DNA of 64,000 nt from NCBI RefSeq assembly GCF_008831285.2, contig NC_045138.2, positions 13,268,001 to 13,332,000 on the forward strand, written 5' to 3'. This document shows positions 49,629 to 63,580 of this stretch, in pieces (the first letter of the stretch is position 1; every line of letters starts with the position of its first letter). The position numbers were made by a program, and so were the translations under genes. The notes beneath the pieces were generated by a model. The model did no database searches. It was not told the DNA's origin and saw only the letters and a list, made by a program, of their open reading frames with translations. This stretch comes from Nymphaea colorata (Eukaryota).

Positions 49629-51260
49629 CCTTTTAGGCATACTGGGTGGAATCCGTCTCGCTATCACTGCGTATCGGGCTTGGGTGACCCCGGGTCTCGC
49701 TGCCTCAGCCTCTGCGAATGCAGCGACCCGGTCTGGTGTGGGCAGTGCGTCGGTGCGTGTAACTCAACCCCGATCCATTTGCATCGCAACTAAATTCCCG
49801 ACGGGCTGGTGTGGGCCCTAAGCTCCGTCTCTTCTACAGAACTCGGGCGTTCTAGAACAAGGCAAGAAGGAGGTGGCAACTGGCAACTTTTGAAACCTTT
49901 TTATTTCTTGATCTCTGTTACACTGCAGCAGGAATTTTTGAACCAAGAGGCATCTTCTAACGAAGTTTGGTGGAGATGTCATGAGGAAGCCTCGGCTATT
50001 GACTTTGATATCTCCACTGTCACATGAACAAGAGAATCACGACTGCATGCCGTCCACACTTCTCAAGTATTCAACCTACTGATGGTGGTCTTAGTAAAAA
50101 AGATGACATATGAAATTGCATTCTGACTGTACATGCAACAAGTGGAAATGACTTGTCAAGCATTTAGAGAGAACATTTATATGGTTCACTTCACATATAG
50201 TAACAGAATATAAGATGATAACCAGGACAGGGAGGGCTTGAATCAATCGATACTTATACCATGTTTCATGTTTGTGGTAGTTCATAATGAGGAGTAGACA
50301 GGGTTGGTGCAACACACTGGAACAATGACAACACATTTTGGCACTTGAACGTTGTGGCAGCTAGTGGTGCAACACACTCGTGGAGATAAGATGATGGGCT
50401 TGGCTGGTCGCAGAGACGGCAATCTTTCATAGAGCAACGCAAGGAAGGAAGCATGTTCGCGGTGGGCGTGGAGTTCACAGCAGTTTATAAGCAATCTCGT
50501 TTACTCTTAACTCAATTTGATTTACTTGTAGCAGGGCCGTTTAAGATGGAAGCAGGAAATACTTCCTCTAATCACAGCCCTGGACTAGGGTTTTTCTCTT
50601 TTTTGGTTCGTACAGGGCATGAGAGAATTTTGTTATTGCTGAACTCTAACCCTTCATGGGTTGTTTGTGATCTCCTAAGGAGACCCACACCCCTTAATTC
50701 TGAGATAGAATGGGGGTTAAACTTTTGTACAGTGAGGACATGAGTTTTTGTTTTTGTACACGTATGGTCGCTCATGTATCTTGCTTCTTTTGTTCTATAT
50801 AATATCAGCAAGATTGCATCCTAAGGAAGCATGTTCACTGGCGGCGTTTGACCTGATCTGGCTGAGAAACGCAATTAAGGCATGCCCCATTGGAGGAGTT
50901 AGACCTGATCCGCCGGAGGCGGTGGTCATCATGGCCCGCCAGCAGCAGCACAGCCCGGCCGCCGCCCACCACCTTGCCGACACTGATTCCGTATCAGTAT
51001 CGGGTTGTGTTTTAGTTAGCGTCGCGGTGGTGGTCGGTCCGATCCGTTTGACGGACCGGAGGACTCTGCCTCGTTGATTAATTTAACCGACCACGAGCCT
51101 CCTTTTGTCGTCCCGATGCTCATCGCTCCCCTGCAGCGGCAGCAACTGCACAGGACCGATTGCACAGAACCGATGAAAAGAAACGAAAGGAAGGCGGAGG
51201 ACGCGGGAGGCAAGTAAAAGGCCGATCCTTCTCATCTTTCTCTCCTTTGAATACGAAAGA

Positions 51261-51693
51261 ATGGCGCAGATTCCCAACCTTGAGAACGCCCCTCTCAACT
51301 TGAATTCTCTCAGGTACTCTTCTATATCGTACTCTATATTCTTTCTCGATGGGGCCCAACTCCCAAGCGTGTTTCCTTGGAGAGTCAGTGCCATTTCTTG
51401 CGTCGTTGACGACATTCTTTCACTGTCATGGTGTTACACAGGGAACAATCTCAGAAGGAGCTTCTCAACATCCTCAAAAATGTGAGTAGGTGCTCGTTTG
51501 ATTGCTCGCCGTGGCCTTCATTCCCTATAGTTGTTGCTCAGTAACGGCAAGGATCGTTTCTATGTAGATCCGTGGGAGGAAATTGCTCGTCATCGATCAG
51601 AAGCTCAGCGGTTCTCTTGCCTTGGTCACGCAGACCTCTATTCTCAAGGCATGCATGCGTTTGCCTTTCTCTTGTTGCCCATTCTTTCTCTTC

Positions 51694-51727
<34 letters not shown>

Positions 51728-54700
51728 TTTTTTTTTTAGTTCCCTGCCCAGCTACTTCCCTCCTCTATTTCCACTTCAAATTTGCTTGATACGTTTCTGA
51801 GTGGTACTAATAGTAAATTGGATTCTTTACCGTTCTCTCTGGTTCTCATCGAGCATTTAGCAACAAGAAGATTACCATCTAAGGATGCGGATTTCATTTC
51901 TTTCCCCCTCCCTCCTCCCCCTTTTTTTGGCTAATCAAAGTGGGGATTAATTGAACAAGCAAGTCTGACGACATTGGGTTAGGTTAGCCGGTGGGACTAG
52001 CACAGGAAGGGAGAACTTATCACAGATGCTGGGAGACGGGCTTCACCCTTACGATGTTAGCCAATGTCTTCGTCCTATTGCTTTTTGAAACTGGAAGAAC
52101 CGATTGGAAAATCTACCATTGCTGACATGGACCTTGCTCCCTCAGCACCAGGTCCTGAGAAGGATATCTCAGACTGGATCCCTGAAATTCCGGCCTTCCA
52201 TGCAGTCGTATTGCGATCTCGTGGCTATAGTGGTTGGACATCAACACTCGCACAAGGTTCTTCGCATAATTGGACTGCTTATGTTGTTACTTACGGTTCA
52301 CATGTTAAAGGATTATCCTTGTGACCTTATAATTTTTGGGCCAAGACATGCGTTACCCTATCAAGCCTTCTCATGCATGCTCTTTTCGAATTATATTTCT
52401 GGACGGCATTCGTTGCATTTTTTTCTATTCACTACCCTTCATGCTGTTGCATGATTTCACAGTCCTGTGGTACTTGGCTTTTTCTGTCCTTATTCCAATT
52501 TTAGAGGCTGGCAGAGAGAGAATTTTGCTCATCAACATGGCTGATTTCTGTGCCACAAGAAACTTTAGTCTCATTTGTGGTATTTGTTAGTTACCTTTTC
52601 TCTTTGATAGTTTTTCCTACTTTTTGTCACTGTTTTGCTGCTGAACAGGAGCATGGTGTTGATAATTTGCGTCATCTATCTAAAGATCCTATCCAGGGTG
52701 ATGCCAAGAACATTGTGTATCTCGTCAGGTCTCAGGCTAGTCTAATGAAGCTTATTTCATTGCACATTCATCACGATGTGTCCCAAGGATTACAGAGGGA
52801 ATACTTCATTTATTTTGTTCCACGTCGTACAGTTGCTTGTGAGAAGGTCAGCAAATTTTTTATTATCTTTCCTTCATTATTGCTGTTATTTTATGTTCAT
52901 TAATATTGTTTTGTTGTCACAAATTAAGCTTCACACATGTAGGTAGGGTTGGTAAAACAAGCTGAACAAGTTCAGGCTTGACTTGTTACTTCATTGGGTA
53001 ACTTATGTTTAGCATGCTCAGTCCAAAGACAAACTTGTGTGGAAGATTTTGCATAGTTTTTTTCTGAAGATTCAAGCGCTTGAAAGTATTTAATATAAAA
53101 ATGCAAATAGATGCAATGAGTGTATACTAGCTGAGCGGAGATCTACACCCTGTCTTCATACATGGCTTGCTTATACTTTTGAGGGAAAAAAAACTGCACA
53201 TTAATCTGTTAATCTGAAACTAATCCAGAATAAGCATCATGTAGATGCTTGTAGCTGGAGATCATAATATGAAGGAAAACCAACAGGTAACAACATGTTT
53301 GGCTACTGTTGGACGACTTAAATGCATCAGACTATCATATTATTATCTTTCTTGTGTCCTTTCCTTTGTCATCTTCTTATCCATTTAATGATCTGGAAAA
53401 ATGACTGCGAGAACGGCTGACTTGCTTTTTTTTTCTTGAATGTTTCTTGTGTTTATGATTACACATAAGAAAAAATGAGAGGGTGATTACTATAGGTAAT
53501 TCCTTTTAGAAACTTTAAATATGTAGTGCAAATCGATGAAAGGAGACATGCCTACAGCTGAGCTGATTGATGGGAATCAATCTGTATTATCATTGTCATT
53601 GGATTCTATGCACATTTTTCCTTTGTTCCCATAGGTTTCTATTTCCAACAGATACTGTAAATCTTGTTCTTCTCCATTCTAATGTACATTAAACTCTTGT
53701 TATGATGTCGACACCGAATGCTCCTTCATCTTTTTGCTATAGAAGAATCAATGCTGACATTTCTATCTTGTTTATATTGCTTAACACATTTTCAGTCATG
53801 GTGACTAACATTGTTCTGTAGAAATCTTATACTTTTGTTGCAGTAATCCAGATCAACATAATACTTAGAAAAATGTGAACTTTTTATAGAAGTACTTATT
53901 CCAAAAATATCACATTTTGCTTGCCATATTGAGTATATAAAATCGTTTCTTATGCTTTTATTGCAGTAATTCATAATCAATATAATGCTTAGAAAAATGT
54001 GCAACTTTTCATAGAAGTTAGTTATTCTGAAAATGTCACATTTTGCTTGCCATATTAAGTAAATAAAAATGGTTTCTTGTGCTTCTTGAGCTTATTCATA
54101 TGTATTATGTATGAGGAAATCTTTTATATGTAGCATACATGGTAATATTTTCCTGAGGATAATGAAACATGCTAATATATTTCTAAATTCTTCCCTGAGA
54201 AAAAATGGCTATGCTTTAAATTTGAAGTTGTGTTGACAAGGCTCAGTCATGGAAATTAAAGACTCCCATAGCACGGGAAACATCCAAGAATATGGCACCA
54301 GACTATGTAATCTAAAAATTGAGATACTTTATTTTAATAGGGACTAGGTAACTTGTTGGATCCTGTAATGACAGACACTGCAGTATTTAACCTGAATGCA
54401 ACTTTTACAAGCTTTCAATCGCAATGGAAATATCTGTTGCCCATAGTCACAAAAATGTGTTTTTTTCGAAAAAAGACACGAAAAAAATGTGATAAATTAA
54501 ATTGCCGTTTAAAAGTTAAAAAAAACACGCTTCTTTGATAAAAAACGTTAAAAAATGAAAAAACGTGTAAAAACGCGTTTTTTTTTCACTTCTTTCAATT
54601 TTTTCCCATTTTTTTCATTTTTTTAATGCCAATTGCCAAACAGTTTTTTTTTTCATTTTCTATTTTTTATTTGTTGCAAATCAACTTATCTTTTTATGTT

Positions 54701-57700
54701 TGTGCTATTAATTTCTCACTTATTTTTTCCCCTATTTTTAGTTTTTTTAAAATTTTAAAAATTTACCATATTTTTTCCTTTTTCTCCGTTTTTTTCAAGC
54801 TCGCCATATTATATCCGAGAAAAACCTCGCCATTTAAAACCCCAAAACGTTATTTGTGGCTATGCAGTTTTGTCATTTATGGTGGTCATGGTGCAATATT
54901 TGGACCTTTCTAGTACAGATGTAATTTGATAAAATATTCTTAAGTATATACTGTTAATAGCATTCAGTTACATAGTTTTTTGGCCTTATCTTGACTTTAT
55001 TATATCTTCAGGTTTTGGAAGAGCAAAAGGTTCATCAACTGTTAACAATTGGGGAGTATCCTCTGTACCTAATACCATTAGATGAAGATGTTCTATCATT
55101 CGAACTTGACATGGTGTCTAAGGTGTGCTGAACAAATGGGCTCATTTTTTTAATTTGTTTTCTGTAAGCAATTGTTTTGTGCAGGTTTTTCCATAGGAAA
55201 ATTTTAATTTATCATTCCATCATAATAGGAAATTCAAGTTGATGGCGACACAAGTTCCCTTTGGCACATTGCCAGGGCCATTCATAAACTTGAGGTAATT
55301 AAGACTTACAAAGTTGGGTTATACCGAGAGGCTAAGTTAGTATATTAGCCAATCATGTTTGTATTGTTGCATGTATACTGGTAAAAACTTGTTGAAGGAT
55401 ATGGCCTTTTTCTAGACTGCAAAAGTCCATCTTGTGCATGAGTTGTTTTCTGCTTGCTGATATGTCTGCTGCAACTCTCTTCTAGAGGGAAATGAATGCC
55501 AGGTTCTATCAGCCTTTGGTTGCATGTCATTATCTTGAGAAAGTTGACACTTTGTGCAATGACCTGGCTCATAACTTGCCTGTGTGTCAAGTACGGCAGA
55601 TCCCAGCCTGCTGTGGATTCAATTTACACCTAGGAAGGCTATGAACCATGACAGTTGGCAATCACCACAACTGATAATGTCAAACTAAAGCTTAATCCCC
55701 TCAAATCTCAGTCTTATTAATGTGAAACTATTCTTAGTCCTGTTGCATGGGTGTTGCGCCTTGAGAATGCATTTACCATAATATCTTGATTTTGGAGCTG
55801 GAAAGTCTTACTATTTCAGAAATGGGCAGTAATAAAATAAGTTGCTCGTTTTAGATCAATAGCATCTCAGGATGTTGATCTACTTACGAAGTTCGTTAGA
55901 TTCTCATCTGTCCTCATCAGATGACTGCCACCACTTTAACGAATTATGTCCTTTATATTCTAATAATTGGATCAGATTGGATTTGTTGTTGAGTTGACAT
56001 AAGATCTCAGGAAAACAAAAAATCTATAGCTGATCAAGCTTCATTGTGGAGAAAAATGGTAAAGATATGTCTGGGGCTTATAAAAAATTGAGCTCTGTCC
56101 TCTTACCTAACAGCCATCAATAGTAGGTAGGCTGCTCAACAGGTCGAGTAACTCAAGCTTGATCCATATAATCTCGGCTCGAGCTTGACTTGGTTATTCA
56201 ACAAGTTGAATTCGAGGAATAATTTAACTCGAGATAGGTGCTGTGGGTGCCCCTGTGACTTGTTTGCTGGGGGCTTTGCATTACGACCCCATAGTTGCAG
56301 TTTTTCTTTTCCCTACCCAGCTTGGCTAAGCTCAGCTATTTGGTGCAGCTACTCAGCTCAGCTCCAGCTTATACTAGCCAGGTTCGAGCTTCCGTGAGTT
56401 TGCTGGAGTCGAGCTTCAGCCTTGCTTATCGTGGCTTGAGTAGAGTTTGAGTTAGCCCAGCTTGGCTTATGTACACCTTTCAGTTTGTGGTCTTCAGCAA
56501 TCTGGGAAACCCCAATAAAAATAAGGATACATGAGAAGGTCATGCTTGTATGTAAACTTGATAACAATAAATTTAATAAAAGAGGGGAGCTCCTCTGATT
56601 TTCAACAAACCCTTTGCATGGAGGCGAAAGTGCCACTTCTATCTTGGCTTGTTTCTGTTTTTGACCCTGTCTGTGGTTTTATATATAGGCCCTTGGTTCA
56701 CGAAGGCTTTGGGTTACAAAATTGAGCCATTAAGGTTTCTTATATGAGTATTTTTCATTTTTATAAAATTTTATTCTTGTTCTTCTACAAATTAATGACC
56801 AGTGGCATACTGGAGTAAAAAATTGGAGGATCTCATGCAAACAAATGCTGGAGTTAGAAGGATAGACAGCATGTATATTGAAGATGCAGCCTCATGTTTG
56901 TATCTTTCTTCCAAATTTTAGTTGTTTCTTCTAGATTTTAGTTGTATAGGTAGTTGGAAGTCTGGTATTATACCTTGCTGCTGCTTAACCAGATGTCCCT
57001 TATGCATCATATTAATATGGTTAGCCTAAGTTGGCTAGTTGCAACTTTTAATCTGATATTGGACATTAATATACGTTTGATTCTGCACTCTGACATGATA
57101 ATAAAATTGAATTCAACACTTTGATCAACATACATCTGTTGAATTGGTGGTTAGAGGGATCACAATGGCAATGCATATGTTTTACATTTTTCAGGGTATT
57201 TGTAGAGTAGCAAAATTTAGGGGTAGTCATTTGTTTATTCTTCAAGTGATTTGTATGCCGGATACGTTTCTCTTTCTTGATAGACTTCTGGGTACTTCTG
57301 GGTACAAAAGGAAATACTTACTTCTGTTTATAGTTGCAGTGAGTAACATGCACACAAGTCATATTTATATGTCAGCTTCTTTCTGCAATAAAGTTTCATT
57401 TTGTACTTTTATCTTTGGAGACTTTTTGAACTGTTTCCTAACAAGTAAATGTGCAATTATTCAGTCTATTTTTGGAGTTATCCCGAACATCCGAGCAAAA
57501 GGGAGAGCATCAAAAAGAGTTACAGAGATTCTTGATCGGATGCATAAAGAGCAACCAATTGCATCAACTGATGTACATACACTATATATTGTTTTCTTCT
57601 GCATTTCACTTGGTTTAGTGGGATTTTTCTGTTATTATTAGGTTTAAGGTCACAATACTTTCTACTGACTGCCTGATGAATCTTCAGCCAGGGATGCCAG

Positions 57701-60700
57701 AAATAAATACGGTTGTGATTCTAGATCGGGAGGTAATGTCATTGATCCATGTATCAGCAGGTCTTTAAAATCAATTCTCTAGGAAGTCTAGTGTGTGACA
57801 GAAGTTTTTATGTATGGTCTGATCAGATCAGGATTTTTTTTATGTGATGCTTTTGCTATTAATGTTTAGTAGCTAAACTTACAACATGGATAATTCTGTT
57901 CTTTAGAGAAACATGATTCTGTTTTGCAGCATGTAGAATATGGCATGGCAGAACTTGTTTAAGAAGTTTCTGTGTTATAATTGCATCTGGATACGTGATT
58001 TAGCTGGTTTATTTGAATCTTCAGAATATAGTTATTAACTCTGTGTATCTACAGCTCAATGCTTGATCCCATGTTGGGTTGTAAAAATGTACATTGGAAT
58101 GTTGGATGTTCTTGTCCTTGAAGTGCTGCTCGTGGTTTAATACAGTGTTTTCGTAGTATGGTCTTGTTCTTCTTTTGTCTTTTGCTGAAATGTACTTATA
58201 ATATGTTCTTGACTTTTCATTTGATGCATCTGGATATACTATTGTCTTAGCCGTTCTTGGTCTTGAGCTAATTGAGGGAATCAATTGGAAATAAGACACA
58301 TTTAATTTACTTTCTCCTGATTGAAGAATGCAGGAATTGCATTCTCTTTGGGTTTTAAAAGGTTAATTTTGAGAACATTTTTCTATGACACTGGAGAAGG
58401 ATCAATTTTAGGTTATTTTGGTACTATAGGGCTGGATCACATCAGATTGGGATTCAAAGTGAGATATTCATACGAGCAGATGTCTAACAGAGATGATTAA
58501 GTTGCTAAATGTTCCAAGATGGTGCATTTTGGACTTGAGCTCAGGAGTCTTTTGTTGCCTGTTACTGCTCTGGGCTCAAAGGGCACTTTTCTGGAAAAGG
58601 TGACCATGTTTACATTACCAACCCAATAACATTATGTTTTGTGACAATCCATAATTGCCAGATTCCAAATAACCCAAGAGAAGAGGCTTTCAGATTTATC
58701 CTACATGGTGTTAGTTCAACTGCTAAAGGAACATCTGCAACTTGTTTTAGTTTGTTGAAATAAATCATGGAGGAGCTAAGTGGGAACTAGACATATTTTA
58801 TTAATCACTTAAAAGTGCTTACCAGTTACAGTGGATTTAACCCCTTACATGTAGAACCGAGCAAAAGCTTAGAAAGCAGAAGGATGAAGGCTGATGGGTA
58901 GCTAGATAACTGTTAGTGGCTATTGGCTAGTAAAGTTTGCATGTTAAGATGTCAGTCTAATCTTCCATGTTGTACTTGGCTTGCCACGATTGTAGGTCCT
59001 CATAAATTGACAAGTTCTTGGACTTCAAAGAAATAATTGGATTGCATATTTTTTTGTTTATCTAATTGCTTTTTTAGTTTCAAAATGTTGCATGTGGTTT
59101 ATGTGAAGTAGATGTGTTGTAATTTTATTGGATATAAACCCTGAGCATTTAAAATACATATATATTTTGGTCTTTTGCATGAGTCATTATGTCAAGAAAA
59201 ACTGTTATTTTTGTTTCTCTAGGGTTTTTTTTTGTTCCCATTAGTTCCTTTAGAAAAAAGTAATTAGTATGAGCATTTTATGCTTTTAACTTGTTGGCCT
59301 TCATTAATGCAGGTGGATATGGTCACACCTATGTGCACTCAGTTGACATATGAAGGGCTACTAGATGAGGTACTCACCAGTTGGCTTGTACTATCTACTT
59401 TTATCTGATAAAAATGTGAGAGAGAACCAGTTGCTGATCAATATATTTAGGGAAACTATTATCTTCCTAATCTTTTTGCTCTGTTTTGGTTAGGCTGCAT
59501 AGTTACAGTGGTAAGAACTCTGTAGAGTTAGTTATGCATGAAACATAAAAATGAGATGTAGATGGGAGATGGCTTGTGCGTGAAGCATTAAGCAAGAAGC
59601 AAGTATATAGGTGATGCATGTGAAACATGAAGCTCTTTTGAAGCATAAGTAGAAAGTTGGAAATTCTTCTCTGCCTTTGTTTTTCTTATGATTTGTGCTG
59701 GAAACTGATGAAAGAAAGCAAATATGAAATGTAGAAGGGTAAAGGAAGTTAGGGTTTTAGGGCCTTCTTCATCACTAGTTTTTTCATTTCAGTTTTTCAG
59801 TTCAACAAAATACTATCTAAAGTCTAGATGAAAGTAGCCTTGTCACTTCCGCTTGTAACAAAGCTTAAAGAAGGTAAAATACCAGTGCGTATGTTCTAGT
59901 GTCAACCCCACTCAGAGTATGTCCACCCCCTGCTTGTCAGCACTTCTTGATCTAGTCAATACTTCACTAGTTGACAATGGAATCCAATTTTTCCCATTAT
60001 TTCCAGAATATTGGCTGACTTGAGATGCAGACAGACACCATCACTACATGTTTGGACAATTGTGATTTAATGGCAGATGACATTGTTGCTCAATCCCCCA
60101 GGTTGCAATCACATCCGTCCTGTGAATTCTGCATTTGGACTTGAGCACATTCAACTCCACCCTCCTTTTAGTGTATGTGAATTCTAGGGAGAGTGATAAA
60201 GATGTAGTTGCTACATCTCTGCATGAGCACATTCATGCATTAGTTTTGCTAGAGTTCGTCACTCAAGCCTTTCCACACTGCTGTGTCTTTTTTCTTGACT
60301 ACGTTAAGAATTCCTGGTACTTGCTAATCTTATGGATCAATATTTATTTCTGTTATGGAAATTGATTTTAGAGTTAGCAACTTGATGAACCATGCAAGTG
60401 ATTGGTTTAACGTGTCTAAATCCTGAGCTCCTATAACAGTCATGAACTATTGGCAAGCCATGTCCTTAAATAACTGGGTTAACATATTTTTATGTGTTTC
60501 CGAGCTGATGTTGGGGAATTTTAATTTTCATCTGATTCCTCCAGTGCAGCTTCTGCATATCAACAACGGCTCTGTTGAGCTTGAAGGGTCAATTATGGGT
60601 GTACAAGGTGGGAAGAAGATGAAAGTTCCCCTAAACTCCAGGTAACCTTGTTGGCTTTAACATACTGTATTCTATTTATTTTATAATTTGCATGTTATGT

Positions 60701-63256
60701 CCATGTCGTGAAGGGGTATGGTCTTCCTGGTGTTGATTTTTGGGGTGCACTTTTATTGACAAGGCATTTATGTTGATTTAGAAAACAACGTAATACTGGG
60801 AGGCTCCAATAGTGGTAGCCTGAACTCACAAAGACAAACATTTAGTTGATGGAAATGTGTCCAGATTGGTAAAGTTTGTGGTGTTTTGTACCAACAATTT
60901 CTTAGCTTCCTTTTTCTGTCAGTTGTGTTTGCCTCCAGGCTGGACTAGCTGTGTGAATTGTGTAGCTGATTCATGACTGGAGTGTGGGTCGTACGTCTCT
61001 TTATTAAAATTTTGTCCCTTTTTTGTAGTTAAAACTAATATAATTAGTTTCCTCCTAAATAGAGCATATGATCATTTGTTCTAGTTTCATCTCAACGACT
61101 TCGAGACTGTGCAGGGAAAATAGTATGATAATTAATCTGTAGTATGGATTATGGTTGGATTTTCCTAGAACAACTCTCAAAGTATTAACAGAGTGTAGCT
61201 AGTAAGAAATGTTTACATGTATGCAGTTTCCATTTTTCTTCCTTACAGCAACGATATATTTGTTTGTCCTTCTATCTTTTGTGTGCATTTCTCTTCTTCA
61301 CTATGTTTTGAGGAATATGTGTTCTATAATGGTTAATTTATGGAACTGAAAGAAGGATTCGACTTGTTCATGATGTGTATCAGCCACATGCATTACAATG
61401 ACAAATTTTATGGCCTTGCATAAAATGACATAATTCAGTTATAGGTGGACTCTGTACCATCCTCACCTATGAAAACTGGCTTATACCATACAGGTTCTGT
61501 CCAAGTTATAAATCTTTTAACAATAAGTGCCTTTCTACTACAAAAACACTTTTGTTATCATGGTACAAATGGAAGGAAAAATTCATTTGTAACTAGATTC
61601 AAGTCATCCAGTGTAAATTAATTAATGTTTGTTTATGCTGATGGATTTATTATTCCATTACAATATAACTTGTTCATGTACTACGAAATCAAGTCAAAGT
61701 TTATGGGTTTATCAGGCTTGTGAAAAATCTTTTGAAGTCCTTGTATAAGAACAACTATTTTTAGAAAAACTAAGTTTTTATATAATGTAACTGACCTTTA
61801 TCTATTGTGCAAAGAGAGGAAAGTATGCTAATGCTAGTTGATCAGGACCACCAAAAAAAAAAATCTCCATCTGTCAAGTGAAGTCCCTAATCATGGAGCA
61901 ACAAAAGATATGAGATGCTCATAAATTTTGAATATACAGACAGTTTCTTTTATGAAATTACTAGATCATTTTAGTTGCAATTATGTTCCTCACAGAACTT
62001 TGTTATTGCTTATGAGCTTTAGTTTGGAAGTGGTCCTTGTGGTACTCATGAGGGTAAGGTTCTACTACAGGTAGAACAGCTAACAACTATTGATTGTGGT
62101 CTTTATGTTGTTGGGGTGTGTAGGTTATTCTGTTGTTCATTGTCTCTTTGTTGTTTTTTTGTTTGCTATTCTTGGTTTACAAGTAATTGTTTTGTTGATG
62201 TGGTTTTGCAGTGACAAGCTCTATAAAGAAATACGGGATCTCAACTTCGAAGTTGTTGTTCAGGTTTTGTTCGTAATTGTTTTTTATCCCCATTTTGAGC
62301 CTTTCTCCTTCAACTTTGTTGTGATTATTTGGGAAATGGAAATTGTTGATGGCACTTATTTATACTCATACTTTTCATTTTCCACTATACGAATGTAGGT
62401 GTTGCGTCAAAAAGCAACATCAATGAAGCAGGATTACACGGAAGTGACTACCACAGTAAGTAAAAGAGTATATTTGAAAGTGATTTTTAAAAGGGTATAT
62501 TTGAAAGCGCTTCCCATGTTGAAGAGAAGTCAAAAGTGGAAGCAGAAGTTCCTTTGTCTATTTTCTACATCCGTCTTAGTCTGGAAAACCTTTTATTTTG
62601 TTTTTTTATTTTTATTTTTATTTTTATTTTTATTTTACGTCCATTTATAGTTTTATGGTTTTCTGAACTTCTGAGGAAAAAGTGTTGAGAAAGATGTTTC
62701 TTTGTGTAATGTGAATATTCTAGAGAATTGCTTTAATGTCATACTTTTGGTAAAATGATATTAGAACATCTTAGTATCTTACCATGTTGTATAAATGTCA
62801 ACTTTTTCCATTATTTACAACACTTTTGGATCTATTTTTATTATTGGCATTTATGTACCAAATTCTTTCATATTTTGCCTCCTCTCAACCCAAAAATCCT
62901 TGGCTAGATTCAGTCACTGAGCCATGTGGTACTTGCTGTGTGTTTGCACATGTAGGATTCACCCTTATCTATCACTTTTGTCAAAATTATTTGTTATTCT
63001 TGCAGAGCCAGACTGTGGCTGAGTTGAAAGATTTTGTGAAGAAACTCAACTCCCTCCCAGAAATGACTGTAAGCTGGTCCCTGTATTTCAAATTTATTTC
63101 ACAGGGAAATGTACTGTGTATTTTATTTTATTTTTATTTTCTCTTTCAGAGGCATATAAACCTTGCTCAACATTTGAATACATTCACATCGAAGCCATCA
63201 TTTCTTGGAAAGCTTGATATGGAACACACAATTATAGAAGGACAAGGTTATGACAT
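51261..63256 (+). CDS. VPS33: Vacuolar protein sorting 33 (Sec1/Munc18 family, HOPS/CORVET subunit); first 14 exons, 3' part beyond the window
   Basis: Exons 51261-51313, 51442-51481, 51568-51648, 52649-52846, 55012-55122, 55229-55294, 57465-57572, 57688-57732, 59313-59369, 60550-60641, 62212-62263, 62399-62455, 63006-63068 and 63150-63256 give 1130 nt in frame. MAQIPNLENAPLNL, YFVPRRTVACEK, LDREVDMVTPMCTQLTYEGLLDE, KVPLNSSDKL and ELKDFVKKLNSLPEMTRHINLAQHL match recalled Arabidopsis VPS33. Confidence 0.96.
53826..54085. repeat. Diverged tandem duplication (~125-bp unit x2) in VPS33 intron 4
   Basis: tcttat.ctttt.ttgcagtaat...cttagaaaaatgtg...tcacattttgcttgccatatt occurs twice in succession. 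Confidence 0.85.
54442..54864. mobile_element. hAT-like MITE in VPS33 intron 4
   Basis: TIRs catagtcacaaa ... tttgtggctatg, with an A-rich left half and T-rich right half containing AAAACG repeats. The 8-bp flanks only partly match (ctgttgcc/cagttttg). Confidence 0.7.
56128..56480. mobile_element. Second copy of the GAGCT-rich hAT-like MITE family (see 14078)
   Basis: Shares the 5' end t(a)aggctgc....tcgagtaact..agct and dense gagct/ctcgag motifs. The right end is approximate. Confidence 0.5.
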
Positions 63257-63335
63257 GTGAGTAGTTTATCTTGCAATTTTGCAGTTTATTGGACCTTTCT
63301 ATGTTCTGCTAACTTTGCAACCCATGTGACGTGTG

Positions 63336-63580
63336 TGTAGAAATGTGTAAGCCACAACATGCTCACATAAAAGATCTGACGATACAAAAAACAGAAAGGC
63401 TTCACTCAGATGTGCACAAAGGCACCAACATAAGGATAAAATAGATAAACTATATTAATCAAAGCTTAGCCCAATCTTCACAAACCAAGGCGAGTAAGCC
63501 CCTCTATATATACAAGAAAAGAGGACAAACGAAGCTTGCTGCCAATGACTGGACTGCTAGTTGTTGGAGCTAGCCCAACA
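63336..63580 (-). mobile_element. Possible short solo LTR / TRIM remnant in VPS33 intron 14
   Basis: The minus strand reads TGTTGG...TATATATAGAGGGG...CTACA (TG..CA ends, internal TATA). No TSD was found. Confidence 0.3.
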
